DNA of 42,276 nt, from positions 1-42,276 of IMG/VR virus record IMGVR_UViG_3300023173_000034, one strand, 5' to 3'. Numbering within the stretch: the first letter of the stretch is position 1; each line of letters opens with the position of its first letter. The translations under genes were made by a program, and so were the position numbers. The stretch comes from a virus (taxonomy: Duplodnaviria > Caudoviricetes). The notes below the pieces were generated by a model. The model made no database searches. It worked only from the letters and a program-made list of their open reading frames with translations, and was not told the DNA's origin. This document shows positions 14,968-25,400 of this stretch, piece after piece.

Positions 14968-17397
14968 ATGAGCGAGAGTTTAGTAACCATTTTTAGGAAC
15001 ATCAAGGAGACCGAGCAGCCCTTCTATAGAGATGTGGACTTTATCCTTAATAGAATCAAAGAGGGCGCATCCAAAGAACTCGTAAAGAGAATCCGCTTGG
15101 AGAAAGAGAAGAGCGTCATCAATGAACTGAAGCAACAACTGCCTGCCGTCTGCTTTAGTGGCACATTCAACAAGAGGCAAGACAGCGCTATCCAAGAGCA
15201 CAGCGGATTCCTCTGCCTTGACTTTGACGGCTACAAAAAACAAAAGGAATTACTCGAGGCCAAGGAGCGCTTGGCCAAGGACAAGTATGTATACTCGGTG
15301 TTCATTAGCCCGTCCGGCAAGGGACTCAAGGCTCTCGTGCGCATCCCGGCGGAGGTAGACAACCACAAGAACGACTTCAATGCCCTTGAGAATTATTTCT
15401 CTGATGAGCACTTCGACAAGACAAGCAAGAACATTAGTCGTGTGTGCTACGAATCCTACGACCCACTCATCTATATCAATCACAACTCAAGCGTATGGAC
15501 AAGCCTTGAAGACCAACGCTACAATGAGATTGATAAAAAGAAAGACCGACCCACCATTCCAATCACGGATGAGAACAAGATAGTTGACATCCTAATCCGT
15601 TGGTGGGAGAAGAAATATCCCATGGTGGAGGGGCAGCGCAATCACAATGTATATATCCTTGCCGCCGCATTCAATGACTTTGGCGTGAGCAAGTCTCTCG
15701 CTACCTATGTGCTGTCTCACTATCAAACCTCTGACTTTGGGGAGGGTGAGATTAAGAGAACGATTGACTCAGCGTATTCAGCCACCGAGAAGTTCGGTAC
15801 CCGATACTATGAGGACGAGGATAGGGTAACCCAAATCAAGAACAAGTTGAGAATGGGTGTGCCAAAAAAAGAAATCCGTCATCAACTTGAAGAGTCCAAT
15901 GTTGATGGCGATACTATTGACTTGGTTATCTCTCGCATCGAAGAGGAGCAGGCCGGTCAAAAATTTTGGACAAAGAGCGACAAGGGTGTGGTTAAGATTG
16001 TGCCTATTCAGTTCAAGATGTTCCTCGAGGACAACGGTTTTTATAAATACAATCCGGAGGGCAGTAAGAACTATGTGTTCGTAAGGGTAACCAATAACCT
16101 CATCGACCACACGAGCGAGAACGAAATTAAAGACTTTGTTCTTGACTATCTGCTTGACCTTCAGGATGCATTGGTGTACAATTACTTCGCTGACTTCACC
16201 CGATACTTCAAGGAAGATTTCCTTACGCTATTGGCGTCTATCGATGTGTACTTCATCGAGGACACCAAGGATGCGGCCTACCTATATTATAAGAACTGCG
16301 CCGTAAAGATTACGCACGACCGGGTGGAGACTATCGACTACCTTGACCTCGGTGGATATGTGTGGAAGGACCACGTAATTGACCGGGTCTTTGAACCCGT
16401 CGATGAACCGACTACTGATTTTGAGAAGTTCATCTGCAACATCTGCAACAACGACACCAACCGGATGAAGAGCATGGAGTCTACCATTGGGTTCCTGCTT
16501 CACGCCTACAAGGATTTGTCGTTCTGCCCCGCCGTCATCTTAAACGATGAGGTCATCAGCGATAACCCTGAGGGTGGTACGGGTAAGGGCTTGCTCATGA
16601 ATGGCATATCACAATTAAAGAAGTTGGTAGTCATCGACGGCAAGTCGTTCACCTTCGAGCGCTCGTTCGCATATCAGTTGGTATCGGCAGACACGCAGAT
16701 ACTATGTTTTGATGACGTTAGAAAGCACTTTGACTTTGAAAGGCTGTTCTCCGTGGTGACGGAGGGATTAACGCTTGAGAAGAAGAATAAGGACGCCATT
16801 AAGATTCCGTTCAGCAAGTCCCCCAAGATTACTATCACTACCAACTACGCCATCAAGGGCGCAGGCAACTCGTTTGCCCGGCGCAAGTGGGAGTTGGAGT
16901 TGCATCAGTATTATAACAAGCACTACACCCCGCTCGATGAGTTCGGTAAGTTGTTGTTCGGCGATTGGGACGATGATGAGTGGTTGCAGTTCGACAACTA
17001 CATGATTAACTGCCTTCGTGCTTACCTACGGACGGGATTGGTGCAGAGTTCGTTTGTTAACCTGAAGATTCGGCAGTTGTCAGCAGAGACATCACACGAG
17101 TTTATTGAGTGGTGCGGTCTCATCGACGGGAACATAGCATCGGAGGTGATGCTTGCTTTGATTGATGGGCGCAAGGTTTACAAGCATGAGTTGTACATGG
17201 ACTTTATCCAAGAGAACCCGGACTTCGCACCCAAGGCTAAGATGACTATCTCCCGAACGAGGTTCAATAAGTGGCTCACATCTTACTGCGTATTTAAATC
17301 AGAGGTTACGCCCGAAGAGGGGCGCGACTCGCAGGGCAGGTGGATGCGCATGAAGAGCAAGCATGAGTTAGAGAAGAATGGAAAATTTGAATTCTAA
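14968..17397 (+). CDS. primase-helicase (BT4734/VirE-N primase + PriCT + P-loop helicase)
   Basis: KQQLPAVCFSG, LCLDFD, FISPSGKGLK, SRVCYESYDP; EGQRNHNVY; GGTGKG Walker A, LCFDD Walker B, ITTNY. Confidence 0.9.
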   Translation: MSESLVTIFRNIKETEQPFYRDVDFILNRIKEGASKELVKRIRLEKEKSVINELKQQLPAVCFSGTFNKRQDSAIQEHSGFLCLDFDGYKKQKELLEAKERLAKDKYVYSVFISPSGKGLKALVRIPAEVDNHKNDFNALENYFSDEHFDKTSKNISRVCYESYDPLIYINHNSSVWTSLEDQRYNEIDKKKDRPTIPITDENKIVDILIRWWEKKYPMVEGQRNHNVYILAAAFNDFGVSKSLATYVLSHYQTSDFGEGEIKRTIDSAYSATEKFGTRYYEDEDRVTQIKNKLRMGVPKKEIRHQLEESNVDGDTIDLVISRIEEEQAGQKFWTKSDKGVVKIVPIQFKMFLEDNGFYKYNPEGSKNYVFVRVTNNLIDHTSENEIKDFVLDYLLDLQDALVYNYFADFTRYFKEDFLTLLASIDVYFIEDTKDAAYLYYKNCAVKITHDRVETIDYLDLGGYVWKDHVIDRVFEPVDEPTTDFEKFICNICNNDTNRMKSMESTIGFLLHAYKDLSFCPAVILNDEVISDNPEGGTGKGLLMNGISQLKKLVVIDGKSFTFERSFAYQLVSADTQILCFDDVRKHFDFERLFSVVTEGLTLEKKNKDAIKIPFSKSPKITITTNYAIKGAGNSFARRKWELELHQYYNKHYTPLDEFGKLLFGDWDDDEWLQFDNYMINCLRAYLRTGLVQSSFVNLKIRQLSAETSHEFIEWCGLIDGNIASEVMLALIDGRKVYKHELYMDFIQENPDFAPKAKMTISRTRFNKWLTSYCVFKSEVTPEEGRDSQGRWMRMKSKHELEKNGKFEF

Positions 17398-18668
17398 TGG
17401 TAGAGTATAGAGATTATCAAAAGGATATTATAAATAGGGGCAGTGACATCCTTGACAAGCATGGGTTCTTGTACCTCGCTATGGAGGTTCGCACCGGCAA
17501 GACACTCACCTCCCTCGGGATATGCGAGAAGGTTGGAGCGGACCACGTGTTGTTCCTTACCAAGAAGAAGGCGATATCTTCTATCACGGCAGACCTTGAT
17601 AAGTTGTGCCCATCGTATGCCATCTTCGTTATTAATTACGAGAGCATACACAAGTTGCCCAATGTGAAGTGGGATATTATTATATGTGATGAGGCGCACT
17701 CCATGGGGGCATTCCCCAAGCCAAGCGGCAGAGCGAAGAAGGTGGCGTCTCTTATATATAAGAACAAATCCAAGGTCATCCTGCTATCGGGGACACCAAC
17801 CCCCGAGTCCTACTCGCAGATGTACCATCAGGTGTATGGCATCCCGAATAACCCATTCAGAAAATATCGTAACTTCTATGCTTTTGCCGCCGACTATGTG
17901 CACATTACATCCAAGCGGATTAACGGCTACGAAATCAAAGACTATGGGGGTGGCCTCCGGCACATCCTTGACATGATGTCACCCTATACCATATCCTTTA
18001 CGCAGAAGGAGGCTGGGTTTATTGTGGAGACAACCGAGAGGATTCTTGAGGTGTCTCTACTGCCATCCACCTATAAGATTATAAAGAAACTCAAGAAGGA
18101 TGCTGTGGTTGAGGGCAACGACGAGGTTATCCTTGCAGACACGGGCGTCAAGATGATGAGCAAGGTGCATCAGTTGTGCTCGGGGACTATTAAGTTTGAG
18201 AGCGGTAACTCTATGGTGCTCGACCTATCGAAGGCTGAGTTTATCAAGAGTCATTTTGCAGGCAAGCGCATTGGTGTCTTCTATAAGTTCAAAGAGGAGC
18301 TCAATGCCATTAAGAAAGTATTCGGCAAGGATGTAACCGAAAGCCTCGACGAGTTCAACAAAGGGCGTCAGGTCATAGCCTTACAAATCATCAGCGGACG
18401 TGAGGGTATAAGCTTACGGGAGGCGGATGTGTTGGTGTACTACAACATTGACTTCAGCGCCACAAGTTATTGGCAGTCACGCGATAGGATGACCACGAAG
18501 GACCGACCCAAGAACGATGTCTATTGGATATTTTCAAAGGGTGGAATAGAGTCAGAGATATACAAAGCGGTAACCAAGAAGAAAGACTACACGCTGAATC
18601 ACTTTAAACGAGACCTCGTAAATTTACTGAATGATGACGGAGCAGCAGATACAGGGCAAGAGGATTAG
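17397..18668 (+). CDS. SF2 (SNF2-like) helicase
   Basis: VRTGKT, IICDEAH, LSGTP, GREGISL, YWQSRDR. Confidence 0.9.
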   Translation: MVEYRDYQKDIINRGSDILDKHGFLYLAMEVRTGKTLTSLGICEKVGADHVLFLTKKKAISSITADLDKLCPSYAIFVINYESIHKLPNVKWDIIICDEAHSMGAFPKPSGRAKKVASLIYKNKSKVILLSGTPTPESYSQMYHQVYGIPNNPFRKYRNFYAFAADYVHITSKRINGYEIKDYGGGLRHILDMMSPYTISFTQKEAGFIVETTERILEVSLLPSTYKIIKKLKKDAVVEGNDEVILADTGVKMMSKVHQLCSGTIKFESGNSMVLDLSKAEFIKSHFAGKRIGVFYKFKEELNAIKKVFGKDVTESLDEFNKGRQVIALQIISGREGISLREADVLVYYNIDFSATSYWQSRDRMTTKDRPKNDVYWIFSKGGIESEIYKAVTKKKDYTLNHFKRDLVNLLNDDGAADTGQED

Positions 18669-18876
18669 GCAACTCGAGGCGCAGGGGTACTATGTCATTA
18701 AGTTAATAAAGACAAATAAGAACGGCATACCAGACCTCATTGCCATACCTCCAGACTGCGAAGTGCTTTTTTCCGAAGTCAAAAGGCCGACGGGAAAGCT
18801 GTCGGAGTTGCAGAAGTATAGATTAAAAGAATTAGATAAACATGGATGCAAGACAGAAGTATACCGAGGCGAATGA
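18631..18876 (+). CDS. VRR-NUC domain nuclease (putative Holliday junction resolvase)
   Basis: TEQQIQ, NGIPDLI, FSEVKRPTGKLSELQ. Confidence 0.88.
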   Translation: MMTEQQIQGKRIRQLEAQGYYVIKLIKTNKNGIPDLIAIPPDCEVLFSEVKRPTGKLSELQKYRLKELDKHGCKTEVYRGE

Positions 18877-19180
18877 ATGTATCATATCGGAGGAGTTCTT
18901 AGAATCAATCCGAACATTCAGAAAGGGAGTAGCCATCAACATAGGTGCGCTATTAGATAAGACCATCCATCAAGTCGACGACAACATGGAACTCCCACAA
19001 CTTTGGGGCGGTGTTGTTGATAATGACGGCAGTGATTTTTATTTTAGCATAGAGGTTTGGTCGCAAGATGACGGAGAGAATACCGCCATCATAGGCATAC
19101 AAGAGATAAGCCTTGACGACTACCTCGATTTAATTAACTCTAATAGATATCTACATGAACGAGTGGACGTATGTAATTAG
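18842..19180 (+). CDS. acidic hypothetical protein
   Basis: ORF track; start uncertain. Confidence 0.6.
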   Translation: MDARQKYTEANECIISEEFLESIRTFRKGVAINIGALLDKTIHQVDDNMELPQLWGGVVDNDGSDFYFSIEVWSQDDGENTAIIGIQEISLDDYLDLINSNRYLHERVDVCN

Positions 19181-19688
19181 TACGATTAACGCAGTTCTTG
19201 GCGTTGATATACTGAATGGACGCCGCAACAGGGAATTAGTTGATGCGCGTACTATCTTCTATTACATCATGAGAAATGATTTCAATAAGAAGGTGTCGGC
19301 CATAGGGAAGCATGTGTACAAGCACCATGCTACGGTCCTTCACTCGCTGAAAAGTTTTGATATTCTAGTTAAGTCTGATAGAAAGTTTAAGGAGGACTAT
19401 CAAAAGGTTGTGTCTGCCCTCAATGGGGCAGAGGAAGTCGGAGTGCTATTGACCGAAGATGAGATTAAAAAAATACAAGAAGAAAATTCTTACTTGCTGA
19501 GTCACAATGAATTACTAACTTTAGAATTAGAAAAGAAATCCAAGACAATAAAAAAGTTAGAAAACGATATGCTCAAGTTTTCATTTTATATGCCATTGTT
19601 TGACAGGATTTCTTATGCCGCCCCTCAAGGAAAAGAAGAGGAGCTCATGAAGAAATTAAATACTTTTTTGAATGGATTACAACTATAA
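19155..19688 (+). CDS. DnaA C-terminal (domain IV)-like HTH protein with coiled coil
   Basis: RRNRELVDARTIFYYIMR...SAIGKHVYKHHATVLHSLK resembles the DnaA IG..FG.RDHTTVLHA signature. Confidence 0.75.
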   Translation: MNEWTYVISTINAVLGVDILNGRRNRELVDARTIFYYIMRNDFNKKVSAIGKHVYKHHATVLHSLKSFDILVKSDRKFKEDYQKVVSALNGAEEVGVLLTEDEIKKIQEENSYLLSHNELLTLELEKKSKTIKKLENDMLKFSFYMPLFDRISYAAPQGKEEELMKKLNTFLNGLQL

Positions 19689-19899
19689 CAACATGGAGGA
19701 AATCATCGCTAAGAAGTGGTGCAATAGATGCAAGGTTCATAAACTATTGGAGATAGATGCGCGCCTATATACTCAACTCGGGAAGACCTCCAGCAAGAAA
19801 GAGAAGCAAGAGGTTAAGCGCATGTCTAAAAAAATTTACACAAATATCAATAAGATAGACCCTGAAATTGGGAAGATATTGTTATCTTCAATGGATTAA
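19672..19899 (+). CDS. basic hypothetical protein
   Basis: 75 aa. Confidence 0.7.
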   Translation: MDYNYNNMEEIIAKKWCNRCKVHKLLEIDARLYTQLGKTSSKKEKQEVKRMSKKIYTNINKIDPEIGKILLSSMD

Positions 19900-19909
19900 A
19901 TAACTAAGG

Positions 19910-20107
19910 ATGCCCATACACCACATTCATAGTCAGAAAGTTTCAAGCATAAATCACCTAATGAGGGAGCTCAACTCCCTAACGGATGACATATATGAAT
20001 CATTGATGGATGAGGACCACGAGTCCGCCGCCAATGCAATGACTATATTAATAGCGCAGGTGTCCGGCATCCTTGAAGCATTGAAGGATGGGCAGGAAAA
20101 CGGTTAG
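19910..20107 (+). CDS. hypothetical helical protein
   Basis: 65 aa. Confidence 0.65.
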   Translation: MPIHHIHSQKVSSINHLMRELNSLTDDIYESLMDEDHESAANAMTILIAQVSGILEALKDGQENG

Positions 20108-21116
20108 GCTTAGGCTCAAGAACGAAGAGTATGAGTTAGTCCAAAGCCATAGGGCTCTAAAGGAAGAGTGCGAACGCCTCGGTATTCCGGTCGAAAGCAT
20201 AAATCACTATTGGCATAAGGGGAAGCACTTCTCTATGCACTCCACCACGAACAACCCCTCCGTGTCGTGGGATGATATCAAAGATGGTATCATAAAGGAG
20301 ATGAAGACGTACTCCCCGAAGTACGAACCCATCAAGCGCACCAAATCAAAAGACCCTCACTGCTTAGTCATAGACCCAGCGGATGTACACATAGGAAAGC
20401 TGGCTACATCATTTGAGACCGGAGAGGAGTACAACTCCCAGATTGCAGTATCCAGAGTCAAGGAGGGAGTGCAGGGAATCCTTGACAAGTCAAGCGGATT
20501 TAACATAGACAAGATTGTTCTCATCGGAGGCAACGACATCCTGCACATAGACACACCGCGTCGCACCACAACATCAGGAACCCCACAAGATACGGATGGA
20601 ATGTGGTATGATAACTTCTTGACTGCCAAGCAGTTGTACGTGGACATCATAGAACAGCTCGTTCAAATAGCTGACGTTCATTTCGTATACAACCCGTCAA
20701 ACCACGACTATACCAATGGTTTCTTCTTGGCTGACGTTATCATGACGTGGTTCCGAAGCCATAAAAACATAACCTTCGACTGCTCCATAAGCCACCGCAA
20801 GTACTTTCAGTATAGCAATAACCTTATTGGAACTACGCACGGAGACGGAGCCAAGGCTCAGGACTTACCGTTATTGATGGCGCAAGAGTCACCCGATATG
20901 TGGGCATCTACAAAGCATCGGTATGTATACACGCACCACATACACCATAAAACATCTAAGGATTTTATTGGTGTGACCGTAGAGAGTTTGCGTAGCCCAA
21001 GTGGCACGGACTCATGGCACCACCGAAATGGCTATCAGCATAACCCTAAGGCTATAGAAGGATATATACACCACCCAGAACACGGCCAAGTGGCGAGATT
21101 AACTCACATATTTTAA
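20088..21116 (+). CDS. calcineurin-like metallophosphoesterase
   Basis: ADVHIGK, GGNDILHID, SNHD, THGD, HHIHH motifs. Confidence 0.88.
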   Translation: MGRKTVRLRLKNEEYELVQSHRALKEECERLGIPVESINHYWHKGKHFSMHSTTNNPSVSWDDIKDGIIKEMKTYSPKYEPIKRTKSKDPHCLVIDPADVHIGKLATSFETGEEYNSQIAVSRVKEGVQGILDKSSGFNIDKIVLIGGNDILHIDTPRRTTTSGTPQDTDGMWYDNFLTAKQLYVDIIEQLVQIADVHFVYNPSNHDYTNGFFLADVIMTWFRSHKNITFDCSISHRKYFQYSNNLIGTTHGDGAKAQDLPLLMAQESPDMWASTKHRYVYTHHIHHKTSKDFIGVTVESLRSPSGTDSWHHRNGYQHNPKAIEGYIHHPEHGQVARLTHIF

Positions 21117-21119
21117 GGA

Positions 21120-21218
21120 ATGGACAAAGAGACGAGAGAAAAATATTTACAGTTTGCTTTGGTGGTTGCAATAGATATACTACTTTGGGTGTGGATTATT
21201 AAATTCCTTACACTCTAA
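21120..21218 (+). CDS. 32-aa single-TM peptide
   Basis: MDKETREKYLQFALVVAIDILLWVWIIKFLTL; TAATG overlap with the next gene. Confidence 0.55.
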   Translation: MDKETREKYLQFALVVAIDILLWVWIIKFLTL

Positions 21219-21373
21219 TGAAATCAATCGAAACGTATAAGCTTGTTGGCAGCCTGCACCTGCTGCCCTATGTGACTATTTGTTATGATAGTTTAATTTG
21301 CGAAAAGGCAATCACAATTGGGTGGCTTTGGTGGGGTATATCCATTGTAAAAAAAGATTCCCTTCACCTATGA
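21218..21373 (+). CDS. 51-aa hypothetical protein
   Basis: MKSIETYKLVGSLHLLPYV...IGWLWWGISI...; overlaps at both ends. Confidence 0.6.
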   Translation: MKSIETYKLVGSLHLLPYVTICYDSLICEKAITIGWLWWGISIVKKDSLHL

Positions 21374-21537
21374 AATACCGCGTTCATTATACCTACTTTG
21401 ACCAAGCCGTAAATAAGGCAGCGAAATGGGAGCAGAGAGAAAAGGACTTTGAGACAAAAGAAGAAGCTCGTAATTTTGTAAAGAAGATAGATTGGAACGT
21501 ATCAGTTCGTAACGTAAACATTCAGCCAGTGCCATGA
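21370..21537 (+). CDS. 55-aa hypothetical protein
   Basis: Start re-assigned to MKYRVHYTY; FETKEEA motif. Confidence 0.7.
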   Translation: MKYRVHYTYFDQAVNKAAKWEQREKDFETKEEARNFVKKIDWNVSVRNVNIQPVP

Positions 21538-21689
21538 GCGACTATAAATTTCTCTACTGGGATGACCCCGGGGATAGTCAAGATGATGTAGACAATCAGG
21601 AAGCCATCAAGCGTATGGAGATTATCATGCGCAACGGAAACTCGGGCGTCCATTACGACATCTACGAGGACGAGGATGAAGATTCCTAA
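21534..21689 (+). CDS. 51-aa acidic protein
   Basis: MSDYKFLYWDD...RMEIIMRNGNSGVHYDIYEDEDEDS. Confidence 0.6.
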   Translation: MSDYKFLYWDDPGDSQDDVDNQEAIKRMEIIMRNGNSGVHYDIYEDEDEDS

Positions 21690-21900
21690 TCCTAAATATG
21701 TAGAGGGGGAAACCTTTATCGTTGATGGGAAGAAGTACTTAGTTCTTGATTACCTGATGGTCACAAAAAAGTTTCAGGTGTCAGAGCAGTTCTCTTATTA
21801 TACCATACAAGACCTACAAACAAACAAGGTGTACCAAATGCCTTGGTCCAAAATACAAAACACAGAATCACGCTACGCAGGAATCCTCCGATATGAATGA
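21676..21900 (+). CDS. hypothetical protein
   Basis: 74 aa. Confidence 0.65.
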   Translation: MKIPNPKYVEGETFIVDGKKYLVLDYLMVTKKFQVSEQFSYYTIQDLQTNKVYQMPWSKIQNTESRYAGILRYE

Positions 21901-22261
21901 CCCAAAACACTTCGACTATTTCGCTGACCATCCATCATTAAGGGGTGAGGCTAAAATACCAATGAACGCAGACGAGCTCTTTCGCTCGGTCGAACAATGG
22001 GCAGTGGCCAGAGGCCTTGACGACCCAAAGAACAAAAGCAAGCAGGCGCTCAAGGTTATGGAGGAGGTTGGTGAGACCATGGCCGCCATGGCTCGAGGCA
22101 ACAAGGCCGCACTCAAGGATGGCATCGGTGACTCTATGGTCACGCTAATCATATTGGCTATGCAGTGTGGACTATCTGCTAGGGATTGCCTGGCTTCTGC
22201 TTACGATGAAATCAAAGACAGGAAAGGCAAGACTGTCAATGGCGTATTTATAAAGGAGTAA
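21893..22261 (+). CDS. MazG-like nucleotide pyrophosphohydrolase
   Basis: WAVARGL, KVMEEVGE, DGIGD, AYDEIKDRKGKTVNGVFIKE. Confidence 0.9.
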   Translation: MNDPKHFDYFADHPSLRGEAKIPMNADELFRSVEQWAVARGLDDPKNKSKQALKVMEEVGETMAAMARGNKAALKDGIGDSMVTLIILAMQCGLSARDCLASAYDEIKDRKGKTVNGVFIKE

Positions 22262-22268
22262 TCCTCCC

Positions 22269-22341
22269 GCGCCTTTAGCTCAGTGGTTAGAGCAGTGGAC
22301 TCATAATCCATTGGTCGTAGGTTCAAATCCTTCAAGGCGCA
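22269..22341 (+). tRNA. tRNA with CAT anticodon, probably tRNA-Ile2 (lysidine, reads AUA)
   Basis: GCGCCTT/AAGGCGC acceptor, GTGGA-CTCATAA-TCCAT anticodon arm; body resembles ileX-type tRNAs; one T-stem mismatch; CCA not encoded. Confidence 0.85.
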
Positions 22342-22345
22342 CACC

Positions 22346-22418
22346 GCCCCCATAGCTTAATGGATAGAGCAACGCACTTCTAATGCGTAGGTTGCTGGTT
22401 CGACTCCAGCTGGGGGTA
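22346..22418 (+). tRNA. tRNA-Arg(TCT)
   Basis: GCCCCCA/TGGGGGT acceptor, ACGCA-CTTCTAA-TGCGT anticodon arm, GCTGG-TTCGACT-CCAGC T arm; CCA not encoded. Confidence 0.92.
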
Positions 22419-22454
22419 CAAAGTGTAAAATAAAAACACCACAAAGTGTAAAGT

Positions 22455-25400
22455 CTACTCTCCAAGCATAGCCTTTCGGTACGCCTCAATCTCCTTATCG
22501 CTTTTCTTCTTATCTCCTCCTTCTATAACATAGTCAGAGTAGTTGAAGAGCCTGAGCAACGCCTCGCCCGGGTCCTTTGAATCGGGGATGGCTTCGATAT
22601 TCTTAACCATCTTGTGGATGTTAGAAGCAGGGATGCCCGTCAGTTCTGTGATGTGATTAATCATTCTCCACATGTACTTATCCTTCTTCACTGGGTCAGT
22701 AGCCTTGGTGAATGATTTGATATCCTTAAATACCAATCCAATCTGCTCGAATACAGGGAGCGTAGTAAATTCTCCAGCCCACGGAGCGCCACTAACGAGG
22801 TCCTTGACTGCCGTAAGAATATCTCCAACAATAAACAAGGCGTTGAGGTTGCCAAGCAATGCCGCACGGCCAAGTGCCTGCTCATCCTCCTCATCCCAAT
22901 CGGAAAGTAATCCGGGAAGGCCGAGGGCAACCCATTGGAACACCATAGGAACAAGGATGTGATATGTCACTACTCGTCTTGCGATATCACCATATCCGTC
23001 CTGTGTTGGTAGACCCTTCATCTTTCTACTTAGGCTCATGAAGGCGCTCATCTCTCTGCGAAGCAACGCCTTTGGTGAAGATAAGAACACATTCAAGAAT
23101 CGGTATGCAGGGCCGCCAGTTTGGAACCAGTCCTTGTTGGTAATGCCACTATCTTGCTGCGTTCTGAGTGCCTGTTTAGTCGCCTTTTCGCTCGCATACT
23201 TCTGAGCCCCAGCCTCGTCACCGGGATTCTTCTCCAAGTACTGCTGCTTGTAGTACAAGTAGTTAGCAAGACCACCCATGATACCACCCTTGTCACCCTG
23301 CTTAACCAAGTACATGAGTGAGTTCATTAGGTTTCTCGTCTGCTCTTTTGTGACTGTAATATCCTTGCCACCTACCTTTTTATTTACAAGGATTGGAGAC
23401 TCATTGAGAGAACCCTCATAGCTGTATCCTTCTAGGATATCTCCAATGTTTGAGTTCTCATATCTCTCCTGAAACAGGGGCGAGTTAGCATACCACTCCT
23501 TCCATAGTTTGCGAGCCTGAGGAAGAGCGAGGGCAGTGTACTTACTCCAGTTTGTGTAGCCGATATAGTCAGCAAAGGCAAATGCAGAAGTGAGCTGCTT
23601 CAGGAATACCGTTGGGTTGATGGCAAGCTTAGACTTGATATACATACCCATCATAGCATTGGCAAGCTGAGATTCGTTTTGAGAGATTCCCTTTCTTGCA
23701 ACCTTTTGCATCATGTCCTTCAGAGCGTCGTATGTATTCTTACCACCGAGCTCTATGATTGCTGCCTTTACGTTCGCATTGTCAAGAACCTTGCTCAGGT
23801 CTCTCATGGCCTCAGCATAGGCACGGAAGTATTCCATGTCTTTGAGGTATGAGTTGAGCACCGAGTTGCCATCGACACTTTGAATGGGACGAGAGTTCTT
23901 TACCCTCGCCTTGGTAGACTGGCCACCAACGCTGGTCTGGTATTCAGAAGAGCCGGCCAGTAAGTCGAACTGAAGGTCGCCCTCTTCGCCCTCTCTAAAA
24001 ATTCTGCCTGCATAGAACTGATTCCATGGCATGTTGGTTCTATAGATGGCCTTGTATACCTCGTTGTATTTTTCATACAGGCTGGGATACAGCTCGTTAA
24101 CCTGCCAGTCTGCCCACTCTTTTGTCTTGGCATCAAGTCTGTCGGTAATCTGCTGCATGATTCTAGCATACTGGTTCTTACCAAACTTCTTCTCAAAGGA
24201 TGCCACATTAGCGGGGTCCTTGTATTGATTATACAAGTAGTAAGCTTGGTTATTACTGAGAACAACCTCAAGCTTTTCAAGCTGTCTAATTATCTGCGCC
24301 TTACGTTTGTTGGTGGCAGAGTCGTATTCCTTCTTCAGCTCATTAGCCTTCTCCTCGTTAAGCCATATGACATTCTTGTCATTGATGAGGTCTTTACTCA
24401 CAACAGGCACAGCATTACGCTGCATCTCAAGCTTGTAGTTATCGCCCCATATCTCCTTGGCTTTGTTGCTGATGATATCAAACACTTGTTTCTTGCCAGA
24501 GACAAAAGAAACTCGAGCCTTGAAGAGCCTGTCATCAAAGATTTCCATGAGCTTGTTGCCGCCCATGGCCTCAGACAGTCCGCTTGATATTCTTTGAAGC
24601 AATAGAGCGAGGTCCATTTGCTTGGTGAAGAACTCATCCACGCTGTTCTTTATCTTACCAACAAAGGACTTAATACCTCCATCAAAGGTCTTCCTTCTCT
24701 GCTCCTTGTTCTTAAGTTCTATAAGCTTCTCCTTGTTAGCCTCTTCACCCTCCTCGGAAAGGTCGAGCTCCTCACCCGTGATGCCATTGTAGGCGTCAGA
24801 TATAAGATGCTCATAGTAAGCACGTTGAGCATCAATCTCTCCGCGCATCTGCGAGCGACCCGTAGATATAAGAGTACGGAGGTTGTCTCTCACGGCAGCA
24901 AGGGCGTCTACCTTATGCGGGTTGTTATCCTCCATAAGCATCGCCTCGTTGTACATAAGAGCAATAGAGAGCGCGTTCATCTCGTCGCTCTCTTCCTGCG
25001 TCAGCGCGGTCTTTACAGACAGCTTATTGAATCTCTTCTCCTGCTTCTGCATTAGGTCCTCAATGTTCTGAGCAGACATACCCTCATCTACGAGCATTGG
25101 GCTCTTCTTATTGGTAAGGGAACCAAGGATGTTCTGCAAGGACACGCTTACTCTGCCCACTCTACGACCCGATACCATTCTAGTGGTGGGGGTCTTCAGG
25201 AGTTTGTCAATAGCAGCACTTAGGTCACGCACATAGAACTCGTTGACGAATCCAGTGACGCGCTCCATCACTGCGGGCAGTGAGTCTGGAGTGGCGTCTG
25301 TGATAGCCTTCATCAGCTTGTTGACATCAGCCTTATTGAATACGGTCTTAGGCAAGTTCTTGCGGATGAACATGCGCATAGCGCGCTTAGCTTTTTCAAG

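Noticed and set aside
22269-22418. tRNAs as a prophage attachment site
   Set aside because: No integrase, no duplicated tRNA 3' end and no host genes; both flanks are phage-like
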